Below are positions 1-8,386 of a stretch of 64,000 nucleotides of DNA, piece after piece. Below the pieces are notes generated by a model, which saw only the letters and a program-made list of their open reading frames with translations, was not told the origin of the DNA and made no database searches. This DNA comes from an uncultured Acidobacteriota bacterium (lineage in GTDB: Bacteria > Acidobacteriota > Vicinamibacteria > Fen-336): contig CAVTBK010000002.1 of NCBI GenBank assembly GCA_963732935.1, positions 611,650-675,649 of the forward strand, given 5' to 3'. The number at the start of each line of letters is the position of its first letter. The stretch's first letter is position 1. The translations under genes and the position numbers were made by a program.

Positions 1-17
1 GAGACGCCACCCGACGT

Positions 18-554
18 CTAGGCTCCGCATCCGAGCACCTTGTAGAGGGTGACCCGATTGGCCCGCCCGGCCAGACGCACCGCCACCAACCCCTGCTGAG
101 CGACCTCGGTGTCTTCGTAGCGCGCCTCCGGGATGATCCCGATCGGGAAGCCGGACGCCTCCAGGAAGCGCGGCGCCTGGTCGCGTGGCTGGTGGATCGG
201 CAGCGGGTGCCCCGCCAGGACGAAACGCCAGGTCCTCCGCTCCGTGTCCAGCACACCGTAGAGCATGGTGAAGTGCTGGCCGGTGCGAACGTCGAAGGGG
301 AACTGCGGCGAGAGGCTCTCGGCCACACGCCGGTGAAGCGACCGGGGATCCATCCGGCGGACGACTGGCATGCGTGGACCGGCATCCGCAGTCGCGTCGA
401 GGAAGCGGGTGTCGAACGGCGCCGGGGGCGTGTAGGGAGTGTGGGGATTGTACGACCCGCCGCCCTCGCTCAGCCTGCGGGATGTCGAGGTACTGGATCG
501 GGAATGAGAATCCGAAGGTCGGCATTCCGACGCGCGTTTCTCCGCAGTCCGCAC
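18..554 (-). pseudogene. PP2C/SpoIIE-family phosphatase domain fragment (C-terminal half only)
   Basis: ORF 18..554. The last ~110 aa fit the SpoIIE/RsbU pattern (FTMLYGVLDT..AGHPLPI..ASGFPIGIIPEARYED). The N-terminal metal-binding part is missing and the first ~60 aa are low complexity. It abuts the distal attC at 591. Confidence 0.4.
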
Positions 555-590
555 ACCGAAACGACAACGCCATCACGCTCCCCCCTTCAG

Positions 591-725
591 GTCCGCAGAA
601 CACCGGCGATAAGCTGCGAGGCGGTGGCCGCGCCTCCCCGCCGTCGCGGCCACGCAGCGGCACCTTCTCGCATTCGTCCGGGTGCCGCTGCGAGCCTCGT
701 CAGCTTCATCGCCTTGTTCGGCGGC
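591..725 (-). repeat. integron attC site (135 bp), distal end of array A
   Basis: Plus strand runs GTCCGCAGAACACCGGCGATAAGCTGCGAGGC...GCCTCGTCAGCTTCATCGCCTTGTTCGGCGGC. The arms are imperfect inverted repeats with GTTCGG/CAGAAC cores and two unpaired bases in the right arm. The same arms occur at 1230, 15260 and 16277. Confidence 0.8.
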
Positions 726-748
726 ACCCTAGCATGGACTCAACAAGG

Positions 749-1216
749 CTATTGCTCTGCGGGTGGCGCAACTGACGCGGCGCTGTGATGCAACACCACC
801 GAGTGAGAGGAGGTGGGTGGCACTTCCGCCCGAACGGCATGTCCCGCGAAACCCTCCTTCTCGAAGGCTAGTTCGTAGACCACGCTGAAGGCATCCGGAT
901 TGGGGTGTGCTAGCGTTCCGAGGGTCGACATGAAGAAGCGGAACGTGAAATGCCCACCATCGTCTGTTGTAGCCCTAAGAGGGCTGGCTTCGGTATCGCC
1001 GCCACTGCGGCGACGCACCTCCAAGGTGACACGGCAGCCGGCTACGGGTTTGCCTGCTTCATCCAGTACCGTGCCGCCGACCGTGTGGCCCATGGTGATG
1101 TTCATGAACCCGTCGCGGCCACTGCCGCCATGTGCACAGCCGATCGCCATGACGAGAGCCGCGAAGAGCGACCCAGCCACTCCCGAATACGGGTTCCCTT
1201 GGAGGCGTTGGCCCAT
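749..1216 (-). CDS. cassette-encoded lipoprotein with carboxypeptidase-regulatory-like (CarboxypepD_reg) fold
   Basis: 155 aa. Lipobox signal ..SLFAALVMAIGC. GTVLDEAGKPVAGCRVTL..TTDDGGHFTF matches the CarboxypepD_reg pattern. Bounded by the attC sites at 591-725 and 1230-1364. Confidence 0.6.
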   Translation of the reverse strand: MGQRLQGNPYSGVAGSLFAALVMAIGCAHGGSGRDGFMNITMGHTVGGTVLDEAGKPVAGCRVTLEVRRRSGGDTEASPLRATTDDGGHFTFRFFMSTLGTLAHPNPDAFSVVYELAFEKEGFAGHAVRAEVPPTSSHSVVLHHSAASVAPPAEQ

Positions 1217-1229
1217 CCTCTACCTCGGT

Positions 1230-1364
1230 GTCCGCCGAACACCGCGGATAAGCTGCGAAGCGGTGCCCGCGTCCATTCTGCCCGCGCGGGCATGAGGCGG
1301 CGCCTCCATACGAGCCACGGTGCCGCCGAAAGCTTCGTCAGCTTCATCCGCTTGTTAGGCGGCG
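1230..1364 (-). repeat. integron attC site (135 bp)
   Basis: GTCCGCCGAACACCGCGGATAAGCTGCGAAGC...GCTTCGTCAGCTTCATCCGCTTGTTAGGCGGCGCC. Includes the classical GTTAGGC core and has the same arm family as the other three sites. Confidence 0.8.
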
Positions 1365-1367
1365 CCA

Positions 1368-1889
1368 CTACCGCGCACCTCGGCGTGTCGCTGTGTGCAC
1401 TGCTGATGTCGTGATGGCCAATCCGTCGGCCAGTGTCGTCTCGGACCGATGCTCCGCCGTGGCAAGGTGAAGCGAGTTCGACAGGATTTGGCTGTCAGCC
1501 GCAAACGACACGCCCAGCATGATGCCGTCGCGCTCGCCGCCGGCCCGCCATATGTTGCCCTCCACTTGCTGCACGCCAAGGGCATGGAACTCCCGGCCGA
1601 AGCGGCTTGCTCGAGCGTGGAACGTGAACACGAGCACCTTCTGCGGAGACTCAACCGGAACGTCGTTGGCAGACATGCTGCACGCAGGAAGCGAAATCGA
1701 ATAGATCGTTCGGCCCTGGAAGCGCACCTCGAGATCCACGACCCGATCCTGTGGACATGGCGCAAACCACTGCCAGACCCTTTGCACGCCCGACGGCGCT
1801 GGCGCGTGCGGAGGGGCCAATGCCACCCCTCTTCCCACGAGCACGACCAACGCCAGCATGCTCACGGTCATCTCGCTCGCCTCGCCCAT
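1368..1889 (-). CDS. cassette-encoded secreted hypothetical protein (first cassette of array A)
   Basis: 173 aa ORF starting 7 nt after the attI/cassette junction. Hydrophobic N-terminus (MTVSMLALVVLVG). The stop lies inside the attC. I recognise no family. Confidence 0.5.
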   Translation of the reverse strand: MGEASEMTVSMLALVVLVGRGVALAPPHAPAPSGVQRVWQWFAPCPQDRVVDLEVRFQGRTIYSISLPACSMSANDVPVESPQKVLVFTFHARASRFGREFHALGVQQVEGNIWRAGGERDGIMLGVSFAADSQILSNSLHLATAEHRSETTLADGLAITTSAVHTATRRGAR

Positions 1890-1895
1890 GAACGC

Positions 1896-2093
1896 GTCCG
1901 CCTAACACGTGATTGAACAGGTCTGTTCAACTCGGTTATCCGACGATATGCAGGTCTGTTCAACATCCCTCGTGCGCCAGAGTCTAGCTGAAGCGAAGTC
2001 CAAGCGGATACGGTAGTTGCCCGCCGGGAGATGCTGTGCGGGCAGGGGCGTTACCCGGTGTTGAACAGACCGGTTCAACTTGGCAGGGGCCAC
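1896..2093 (-). other. attI-like recombination region of integron A
   Basis: Non-coding block between the intI stop (2094) and the junction GTCCGCCTAAC (minus strand GTTAGGCGGAC). Contains palindromes TTGAACAG-GT-CTGTTCAA (1913-1930) and TTGAACAGACCGGTTCAA (2061-2078), and a direct copy of CAGGTCTGTTCAAC (1951-1964). The layout and the TCGGTTATCCGACGATATG / AGAGTCTAGC blocks are conserved at 16988-17173. Confidence 0.65.
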
Positions 2094-2669
2094 TCACAGC
2101 CGATCAGCGGGGCTTCGGACGCCACGTCCACCACGGTTGAGGACGTGCGTGTAGATCATGGTCGTGCTGACGTCGCTGTGGCCGAGAAGCTCCTGAATCG
2201 TGCGCACGTCGTACCCCTCCTCCAGGAGGTGGGTAGCGAAGGAGTGCCGCAGAGTGTGGGGCGTCGCCGGCTTGGCGATGCCGGTTCGGCGGACAGCGTC
2301 CCCCATGGCTTTCTGGATGACGGTTTCATGGAGGTGGTGGCGGTGCTGAGTGCCCGTGTGGGGGTCGAGGTAGAAGCTGGAAGCGGGAAAGACGTACTGC
2401 CACTTCCATTCGCGTGCCGCCCGCGGGTACTCGAGCCCGAGCGCCTCCGGGAGGGGGGCCTCGCCTCGCCCGTGCTCGAGGTCGTCTTGATGAGTCAGTC
2501 GGACGCGTGCGAGGTGATCGCGGAGCTCGCGGCGAAGCGAGTGTGGCAGTGGTGCGACCCGGTCCTTGGCGCCCTTTCCGCGGCGGACTGTCACCTCGTT
2601 GCGATCGAAGTCGATGTCCTTGACCCGGAGGGAGAGGCACTCCAGAAGACGCAGGCGGCGAGGCAGCAT
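2094..2669 (-). pseudogene. intI: integron integrase with in-frame internal deletion (191 aa; lacks the equivalent of residues ~5-176 of the 363-aa copy)
   Basis: Starts MLPR like the full copy, then jumps to [17 protein letters not shown] (full copy: [17 protein letters not shown]). From there it is colinear to an identical C-terminus ..[30 protein letters not shown]. 363-172=191 aa exactly. Confidence 0.85.
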
Positions 2670-2724
2670 GACGGCAAAGCTACCTCCCTCAGCGGACACC
2701 TCGGGTCCGCTCTCCCGCCACGGC

Positions 2725-3006
2725 TCAGGCGACCACGCGCAGGTCGACCTTGTGCCCCGCCCGGGCCGCAAGGGTGATCAGCATCTCGAGGTTGAACTTC
2801 TCCCACTTGCCGCGTACGAGGTCCGAGACCCGCGACTGGCCGATCCCCAGGCGCTGGGCGACTGCTGCCTGAGTGAGCTTGCTGTCGCGGATGAACTCCC
2901 GGAGATCCCCCATGAGGTCCGCTCGCATCTTGAGGACTGCCGCTTCTTCGGGAGGAAAGCCGAGTTGGAGGAAGAGATTCTCGCGGGCCTTCACCGTCTT
3001 CTTCAT
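2725..3006 (-). CDS. higA: HigA-type XRE-family HTH antitoxin
   Basis: 93 aa, [33 protein letters not shown]. Its ATG overlaps the higB stop (ATGA). Confidence 0.8.
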   Translation of the reverse strand: MKKTVKARENLFLQLGFPPEEAAVLKMRADLMGDLREFIRDSKLTQAAVAQRLGIGQSRVSDLVRGKWEKFNLEMLITLAARAGHKVDLRVVA

Positions 3007-3313
3007 CGCAGCAACCTGTAGCGCTCCCGCGCCAAAGCCAGATCCTCCCGCCGCGTCTTGCGGCTCTTCTTCTCGAAGCAGTGCAGCACTAGACGGCGTC
3101 GGCGAAGCGCGCGACGAAAACGACCCGATGCTCGCCGAGAACGTGGATGCGGATCTCCTTGACGCCCACTCCCACGGTTGAGAGCGGCTTCCAATCGGTC
3201 GGCTCGAGACCCCGCTGCACGGCGTCGAGCTGAAAGCCCGCCTCGCGTCGCGCTTCGGCTGGGAAGCGCCGAAGGTCCGCGAGGCTGGCACCCACGAAGT
3301 GCAGATCCTTCAC
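3003..3313 (-). pseudogene. higB: HigB/RelE-family (Gp49-like) toxin with a 1-nt frameshift
   Basis: Frame 1 reads KDLHFVGASLADLRRFP..VKEIRIHVLGEHRVVFVARFADAV and stops. The next frame continues [28 protein letters not shown]. The span is 311 nt, one short of a multiple of 3 (..GCCGTCTA-GTGCTGCAC..). Confidence 0.75.
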
Positions 3314-3359
3314 CGAAGGCCATTATCTAAGAACTGCGATAGATCGGCAGGGGCCGACG

Positions 3360-4357
3360 TCACTCGGGGGGCCGCCTGCGGCGCCGGGCGCCGAGCGGGA
3401 TGCCGAGGTGATCGTTGACGGCAATGGCGATTTCCTGGTGGCTCCCGAGATAGCGCTCGGTCGTCTGGAGCGAGGCGTGGCCGAGGAGCATCTGGATCTG
3501 GTCGAGCCCGCCGCCGGCCGCCCGGCAGAGCCGCGCGCAAGTTCGCCGGAGGTCGTGCGGCGCGAGCGCTCGATCCCTGCGAGGAGGGAGTGCCGGCGGA
3601 CGATCGTCAGCACCGCCGCCCCCGTCATTTCCCCTCGGACGCGGTCGCCCTTGCCGATCGCGCGGAAGATCGAGACCCGAGGAGATACGTGCGGCGCTTC
3701 GTCCAGGAAAGGATCGCGTCCCTCACCCATCTCGGCACCGGAACCGTTCGCACGCGCCCGCCCTTTCCAGGCGATGTCCGCGAAGACGGCTCTCCCCTCT
3801 CGCTCCTGCAGGTCCTCGACCCGCAGCGCCACGAGCTCGCTTCGGCGGAGGGCGCAGCCAAGCAGGACCGCGAGGATCGCGCGGTCGCGCTTGCCGCGGA
3901 GACTCCCTGTGTAGGGGCTCGCCAGGAGCCGCCCAGCCTCCTCGGCGCCCACCCAGTTGCCGAGGCGGACGCCGTGGCGGCGAACGCCCTTGACCCTCGC
4001 GATCGCCACGGCGCGCGCCGGGTCCGGAGGCCGTTGTCGGAGGCCTCGAGGGCGAGCTTCCTGATCGGCGCCAGGCGGAGGTTGATGGTGGAGGGCGAGA
4101 AGGTAACGGCACTCGAGGTGGGCCCGGTACTCCTGAACGGACGCCCGCGTGAAGGGGCGCGGCGGGAGCCAGGCCAGGAACTCCCGAAGACCCCTCCCGT
4201 ACGCCCTGCGGGACTCGGGGCTCGTCACGGAGTCGAGGACGAGGGCGATGAGCCGCTCCCCCTCCGGGACCCCTTCCCGGGGCACCAGGCTCGCCTCCTG
4301 GGGGCCGTTTTCGGGCTCTTCCGGCATCGCCTCCATTTTACTTTCGGGAAGGAGCAT
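3360..4357 (-). pseudogene. tyrosine recombinase (phage-integrase family) with at least five frameshifts
   Basis: Recognisable pieces lie in all three frames: SPESRRAYGRGLREFLAWL..YRAHLE / FSPSTINLRLAPIRKLALEASDNGL / DPARAVAIARVKGVRRHGVRLGNW..RDRAILAVLLGCALRRSELVAL / GKGGRVRTVPVPRWVRDAILSWT / LAPHDLRRTCARLCRAAGGGLDQIQMLLGHASLQTTERYLG. Confidence 0.8.
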
Positions 4358-4409
4358 TACCCGGAGCGGAGCAGCCCGCTCGATCAGCGGGTCCAGCGCT
4401 TGTCGGGGT

Positions 4410-4592
4410 TTACGCTTCTTCCCAGGCCGAGCAGAGGTCGCTGCACTGGTGCGACTCTGTGGCGACCCGGTCGGCAGCGTTTCGCGCCTCGGCGGGAGTC
4501 GGGAAGGTGCCGACGATGCTCGTCGCGTTGCCGTCGATCCGGACGGCCTCGTATTGCTCCTCGTCCTCCTCCTGCGAAACCAGGAACTCCAT
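4410..4592 (-). CDS. conserved small acidic protein, copy A (60 aa)
   Basis: MEFLVSQEEDEEQYEAVRIDGNATSIVG..HQCSDLCSAWEEA. A paralog lies at 19090..19254. Differences in the first 28 codons are mostly synonymous. Confidence 0.55.
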   Translation of the reverse strand: MEFLVSQEEDEEQYEAVRIDGNATSIVGTFPTPAEARNAADRVATESHQCSDLCSAWEEA

Positions 4593-4699
4593 CACGGTGG
4601 TCGCCGCCCCCAACCACCCCGGCTCGGCATGGGTTCGTCGCCACATCCTCGGTGCTCCCCCTCTCGCGACGGTCGCCCTTGGGCGCGTGCCGCCGGCGC

Positions 4700-4816
4700 C
4701 TAGATCCTAATCCTTTCGATCTCGTCGAGCGTCACCTCGTCCTCGGTTCGGTCGTAGAGCTTCTCGGCCTTGCCCGGCGGGCACCGCTTCACGAACTTCC
4801 TCTCCGGCGAGTCGCG
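4700..4816 (-). pseudogene. C-terminal fragment of a second tyrosine recombinase type
   Basis: Translates to ..RDSPERKFVKRCPPGKAEKLYDRTEDEVTLDEIERIRI*. This matches the ..KLYDRTxDEITLDEVERI tail I recall for the recombinase family whose N-terminal part is at 19258..20002. Confidence 0.4.
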
Positions 4817-4817
4817 G

Positions 4818-4979
4818 TACGACTGGCTTGGTCTTCGGGGGTTCTACGCGTCCTCCTCCGAGTGGGGCGACAAGGCCGTCTGGTGCCGCGAGCTGCAGAA
4901 CCTCGACACGCAGGTGAGTCGAACCCACCTGACCGGACGTAGTGGCGTATCCGTTCGCTGCATCAAGGACGCTCGGTAG
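4818..4979 (+). pseudogene. C-terminal fragment of a FISUMP-domain (TIGR02145-like) protein
   Basis: ..GLRGFYASSSEWGDKAVWCRELQNLDTQVSRTHLTGRSGVSVRCIKD matches the YYWSSSE..GFSVRCIKD end of Fibrobacter-type paralogous domains. The N-terminal part is absent. Confidence 0.5.
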
Positions 4980-5262
4980 ACCGGGCGCGTGTCGCACTGG
5001 GGCGACACCGCGAAGAAGACCGCGGCTAAACGAGCAGTATCTGAAACCCCATGCACGAGAGCCCCAAGCAGTCCTGGTTCGACACGACCGGACGAGCGGG
5101 AGAGATCCCGAGCTCAAAGGGGCCGGAGTCCTCCGGTCTCGCCGAGTGGCTGAGTCTCAGCGTCAGACGCTGCCGGACGGTTTTTCCGGCTGAGAACCAG
5201 CCCGGTGCCCCTCGGGCCTGAGAGTCGCCACGGCCTTCGAGAGGGCTCTGGCGTCCGTCGTC

Positions 5263-5785
5263 TTACCAGTGCGCTTCGAGAGTCAAGCCGATAGCCTGGG
5301 GCCCAAGCATCGGCTGGATCGGGACCTTCCCATAGCGCCGCGTGAAGACGAGGTTGGCCGCGATCCCGATCGCCCCGCCAGCCAGGACGTCGGTGGTGTA
5401 GTGCTGCTTCGCGTGGACGCGGCTCCAGGCCACGTAGGTCGCGAGCGCGTACGCGGGCGCTCCGTAAGCCCAGCCGTACCGCATCTGCAGGAAGGCACCG
5501 CCGGCGAAGGCGCTCGCCGAATGGCCGGTGGGGAACGAGTAGTGGCCCCCGTTCGGACGCGTGCGGTTGACGGTCGGCTTCAGGATGTTGACGAGCGCCA
5601 TCGTGGAGCCGTACGCCTCGGCGAGCTGCAAGCACGCCCTTCCCGTCCTTCTTGGCGCCGGCCAGTGCGACGCCGGCGAGCTCGAGACCGTCAACCCCGA
5701 TTCCAGGGCGAGGCCCTCGGCTGGCTCGCGACGCCACACAGCGCTGGCGGCGGGAGTCGCGGTTGGCGGCAAAGTACGATCCCAT
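5263..5785 (-). pseudogene. PAP2-family phosphatase, frameshifted
   Basis: PAP2 motifs KPTVNRTRP..FPTGHSASAF..SRVHAKQHYTTDVLAG lie in one frame. The upstream part (..VDGLELAGVALAGAKKDGKG) is in another frame. Confidence 0.6.
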
Positions 5786-5800
5786 CGGGCTCGTCTCGCC

Positions 5801-6262
5801 TTACTGTGGATGCGCGAGCGGCTTCCCGTCCGGACCGACCTGGACTTCGGACTTCTTGCTCCCGTTGCGAACGGCGGCCTCGTAAGCGACGAGCTTGCCC
5901 CTTTGGTCAGGGACTCGACCTTCGCGATGTGCCCGGATCCCGCAGCCTTTCCGAGGCCCTCGCGAACCGCCGGCGAGAGCGCGCTCAGCGGCACCTCCTC
6001 CTCGACCTCGACGATGCGGCCCTGCTCGTCCATCAAGACGTCGCGACTGTGCCCTTCGACTATCAGCGCCGCCTCGTACATCGTCTCCCATCCTCGACCT
6101 CGCGGGAGAAGCCGCGGATCGCCGCGCCCTTGGTCTGCTCGGAGACCGTCTTCTCCACCGCAGGCGGCAGGTCCTTGCGCTCGATACTCTTCTCGGCGCG
6201 ATAGCTACTGCGATTGGGACCACCGCGAAAGCCAGTACCAACAGGGGTGCGCTTGGTCTCAT
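5801..6262 (-). pseudogene. PepSY-like secreted protein with three single-base frame changes
   Basis: Signal peptide MRPSAPLLVLAFAVVPIAVAIA (frame 1), EKSIERKDLPPAVEKTVSEQTKGAAIRGFSREVEDG (frame 2), MYEAALIVEGHSRDVLMDEQGRIVEVEEEVPLSALSPAVREGLGKAAGSGHIAKVESLTKG (frame 0), then GKLVAYEAAVRNGSKKSEVQVGPDGKPL (frame 1). Confidence 0.65.
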
Positions 6263-6309
6263 GTCACCCTCCTCGCTCCACGGACGTGACGCGCGGGAGC
6301 TCGGTGACC

Positions 6310-6351
6310 ACGCTACCGCGCCAGGCTTAACGCCGGCTGAACGAGCTGGCC
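6310..6351 (-). promoter_or_regulatory. putative response-regulator box plus -10 element upstream of the PepSY-like/PAP2 genes
   Basis: Minus strand: GGCCAGCTC GTTCAG CCGGC GTTAAG CCTGGCGCGG TAGCGT. Direct repeat at 11-bp spacing, then N10, then a TAnnnT hexamer. The same architecture occurs at 13710-13750. Confidence 0.5.
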
Positions 6352-6353
6352 CC

Positions 6354-7679
6354 TCAGGCGACCCCGGTCGCCGGGGCCCAGGCGGGCAGGTCGAGGGCGA
6401 AGGCGGCGTCCTCGTCCGGCCCGGAGACGCAAGAGACGTCGCCGCCATGGAGCCGGGCGATGTGCCTGGCGAGGGGCAAGCCGAGGCCGTGCCCCTTCGG
6501 TGCCGGGCGGGCCTCGGGGCCGCGGTAGAAACGTTCGAAGACCCGTTCCTTGTCGTGGACGGCGACGCGCGCGCCAGGACTGGTCACGACGAGCCGCACC
6601 CGGCCCCCGCTGTCGGCGAGCGAGACGGTGACGGCCTGGCTCTCCGTCGAGAACTTGGCCGCGTTCTCGAGCAGGTTCTCCACGGCGATCCCGAGCAGGG
6701 CCTCGTCTCCGCGAACGAGCGCCTCCTCCGGAAGCCGTGCGAGATCGCTCCCGCCTGCGGGGAGAGTGCGCTCCGCGAGCGAGCGCACCACGTCCGCCAG
6801 GTTCACGACCTCGGGATGGGGAATGCCGGCGGAGACGTCGCGCGCCAGTACGAGGAGCGAATCGACGAGGCGCGCCATGCGATCGATCTCCGCGATCTGG
6901 GCCGCAAGGGCGATGCGCCCCTCGGGCGCGGCCGCGGCCAGCGCGCGCTCCGCGTGCAGCCGGATTCGCGTGAGGGGCGTCCGCAGCTCGTGCGAAGCGT
7001 TGGCGGCGAACTCGGACTCCCGCGCCAGGGCCTGGCTGAGGCTCTTCCAGAGGGAGCGAAACGCCGCGTCCAGTTCCTCGACCTCGACCGATGCCCCTTG
7101 GATGGCCGTGTCCGGCGGCTGGCCGAACGGCCGTATGTCCAGTATCCGACGCTTGAACTCCACGAGGGCGCTCGTGGCGCGACCTCCCGCGAACCGGCCG
7201 ATCACGACGGCCACCCCCAGACAGGCGGGCAAGGCCAGGACGAGGGACCATGCGAAGACGCGCAAGGCCTCGCGATCCCGAGCACGCGCTCCCACCAGCA
7301 CGCTCAGCGAGCCAGCCACGGGCCGCTCCTCGACGAGCCAGCCCGCGGGGGCTGGCTCGCGGAGGTGGCCGAGGGGCGTCCCGGTCGTGTTCGTCGCGAG
7401 CAACCGCTCGCCGACCCACACCTCGATCCGATAGCCCGTGAGGTCGCTCTCCCGGACGGCTTCGGGCGCGGCGGCCTCGAGCGTCGAGCGCTCGTCGGCG
7501 GCTTCTCGGTGGACGGCCTGGCCCAGGGCCTCGGCCGCCTGGCGCAGGTCCCGGCGCTCCTCGGCGCGCCAGAGCCAGAGGCTGATGAGGGCCGCAACGG
7601 TGGCGAGGGTGATGGCCGTGACCAGCGAGGAGAGCAGGGCCGCCCGCGACACCCGCGAGACGATCGAGCTCGCGGTCAC
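6354..7679 (-). CDS. sensor histidine kinase (two TM segments, HAMP, HisKA, HATPase_c)
   Basis: H-box FAANASHELRTPLT, N-box VENLLENAAKFS, G-box GHGLGLPLARHIA. The GTG start overlaps the regulator stop (GTGA). The 606-aa ORF was trimmed to 441 aa. Confidence 0.85.
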   Translation of the reverse strand: MTASSIVSRVSRAALLSSLVTAITLATVAALISLWLWRAEERRDLRQAAEALGQAVHREAADERSTLEAAAPEAVRESDLTGYRIEVWVGERLLATNTTGTPLGHLREPAPAGWLVEERPVAGSLSVLVGARARDREALRVFAWSLVLALPACLGVAVVIGRFAGGRATSALVEFKRRILDIRPFGQPPDTAIQGASVEVEELDAAFRSLWKSLSQALARESEFAANASHELRTPLTRIRLHAERALAAAAPEGRIALAAQIAEIDRMARLVDSLLVLARDVSAGIPHPEVVNLADVVRSLAERTLPAGGSDLARLPEEALVRGDEALLGIAVENLLENAAKFSTESQAVTVSLADSGGRVRLVVTSPGARVAVHDKERVFERFYRGPEARPAPKGHGLGLPLARHIARLHGGDVSCVSGPDEDAAFALDLPAWAPATGVA

Positions 7680-8386
7680 CGTTCGGTGTCCTCCGCCCCG
7701 GCCGCCAGCGCGTATCCGTACCCGCGGAGCGTGCGGATCAGGCTTCCGCCTTCCCCCGGCTCCAGCTTGCGTCGTAGCCGCGCGATGATCACCTCGAGGC
7801 TGGCGGCTGCCTGGGGTGTCGCGTCTCCCCAGACCTCCTCGAGCAGGTCGTCGCGCGACACCGCGTGGCCTCGGGCCGAGCAGAGCCGCTCCAGGACGTC
7901 CAGCTCGCGCCGGGTCAACGGCACTTCGACCGCTCCCACACGCGCCTCGCGCCGAGCGAAGTCCACGCGCAAGGCTCCGCGTTCGAAGATGCGGTCCCGT
8001 GGCCCCTGGCTTCCGCGACGCAGGAGCGCGCGGACCCGCGCGCGCAGCTCCGAGATGGCGAAGGGCTTGACGAGGTAGTCGTCGGCGCCCGCATCGAGCC
8101 CCTCGACGCGCGAGCCGACGTCGGCACGCGCGGTCAGCACCAGGATGGGAAGAACGAACCCAGTCCGGCGCCATTGCCGGCAGAGGTCGATCCCGTTTCC
8201 GTCCGGGAGGAAGACGTCCAGGATCACGGCGGCCACGTCCGCTGTGCCGAGAGCCTGGCTCGCGGCGGCGGCGCGCTCGACCGCCACCACGCGCAGGCCC
8301 TCGGCCGTCAAGGCTCCAGCCACCACTTCGCGCGTCTCGGAGTCGTCTTCGACGATGAGGACCGTGCTGGGCGCAGTGGGCCTCAC
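7676..8386 (-). CDS. OmpR-family two-component response regulator
   Basis: 236 aa. Receiver domain (VLIVEDD..ILDVFLPDGNG..KPF) plus winged-helix output domain (LTRRELDVLERL..IRTLRGYGY). Confidence 0.9.
   Translation of the reverse strand: MRPTAPSTVLIVEDDSETREVVAGALTAEGLRVVAVERAAAASQALGTADVAAVILDVFLPDGNGIDLCRQWRRTGFVLPILVLTARADVGSRVEGLDAGADDYLVKPFAISELRARVRALLRRGSQGPRDRIFERGALRVDFARREARVGAVEVPLTRRELDVLERLCSARGHAVSRDDLLEEVWGDATPQAAASLEVIIARLRRKLEPGEGGSLIRTLRGYGYALAAGAEDTER

Larger units (their letters stand above)
591..2724 (-). mobile_element. Integron A: in-frame-deleted intI, attI-like region, two cassettes, two attC sites
   Basis: Colinear with integron B: conserved intI 5' leader, intI, attI block, GTTAGGCGGAC junction, and cassettes on the intI strand each followed by an attC. 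Confidence 0.75.

Noticed and set aside
18-590. The PP2C fragment considered as a third cassette of array A
   Set aside because: No attC is visible to its left within the window, and the ORF is an N-terminally truncated domain. It is more likely flanking chromosomal DNA or an unresolvable remnant.
2094-4816. Three tyrosine recombinase genes in a row, considered as a RIT (recombinase-in-trio) element
   Set aside because: The three are separated by a toxin-antitoxin pair and a small ORF. One is clearly an integron integrase with its own attI and cassettes. No flanking inverted repeats were seen.
5100-5260. Hairpins (CCGGAG-TCC-TCCGG; GCCGGACGGTTTTTCCGGC) between the FISUMP fragment and the PAP2 gene, considered as an sRNA or terminator
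   Set aside because: The stems are short (5-6 bp) with no clear U-tract after them, and they lie in a region of decayed DNA. The evidence is insufficient.
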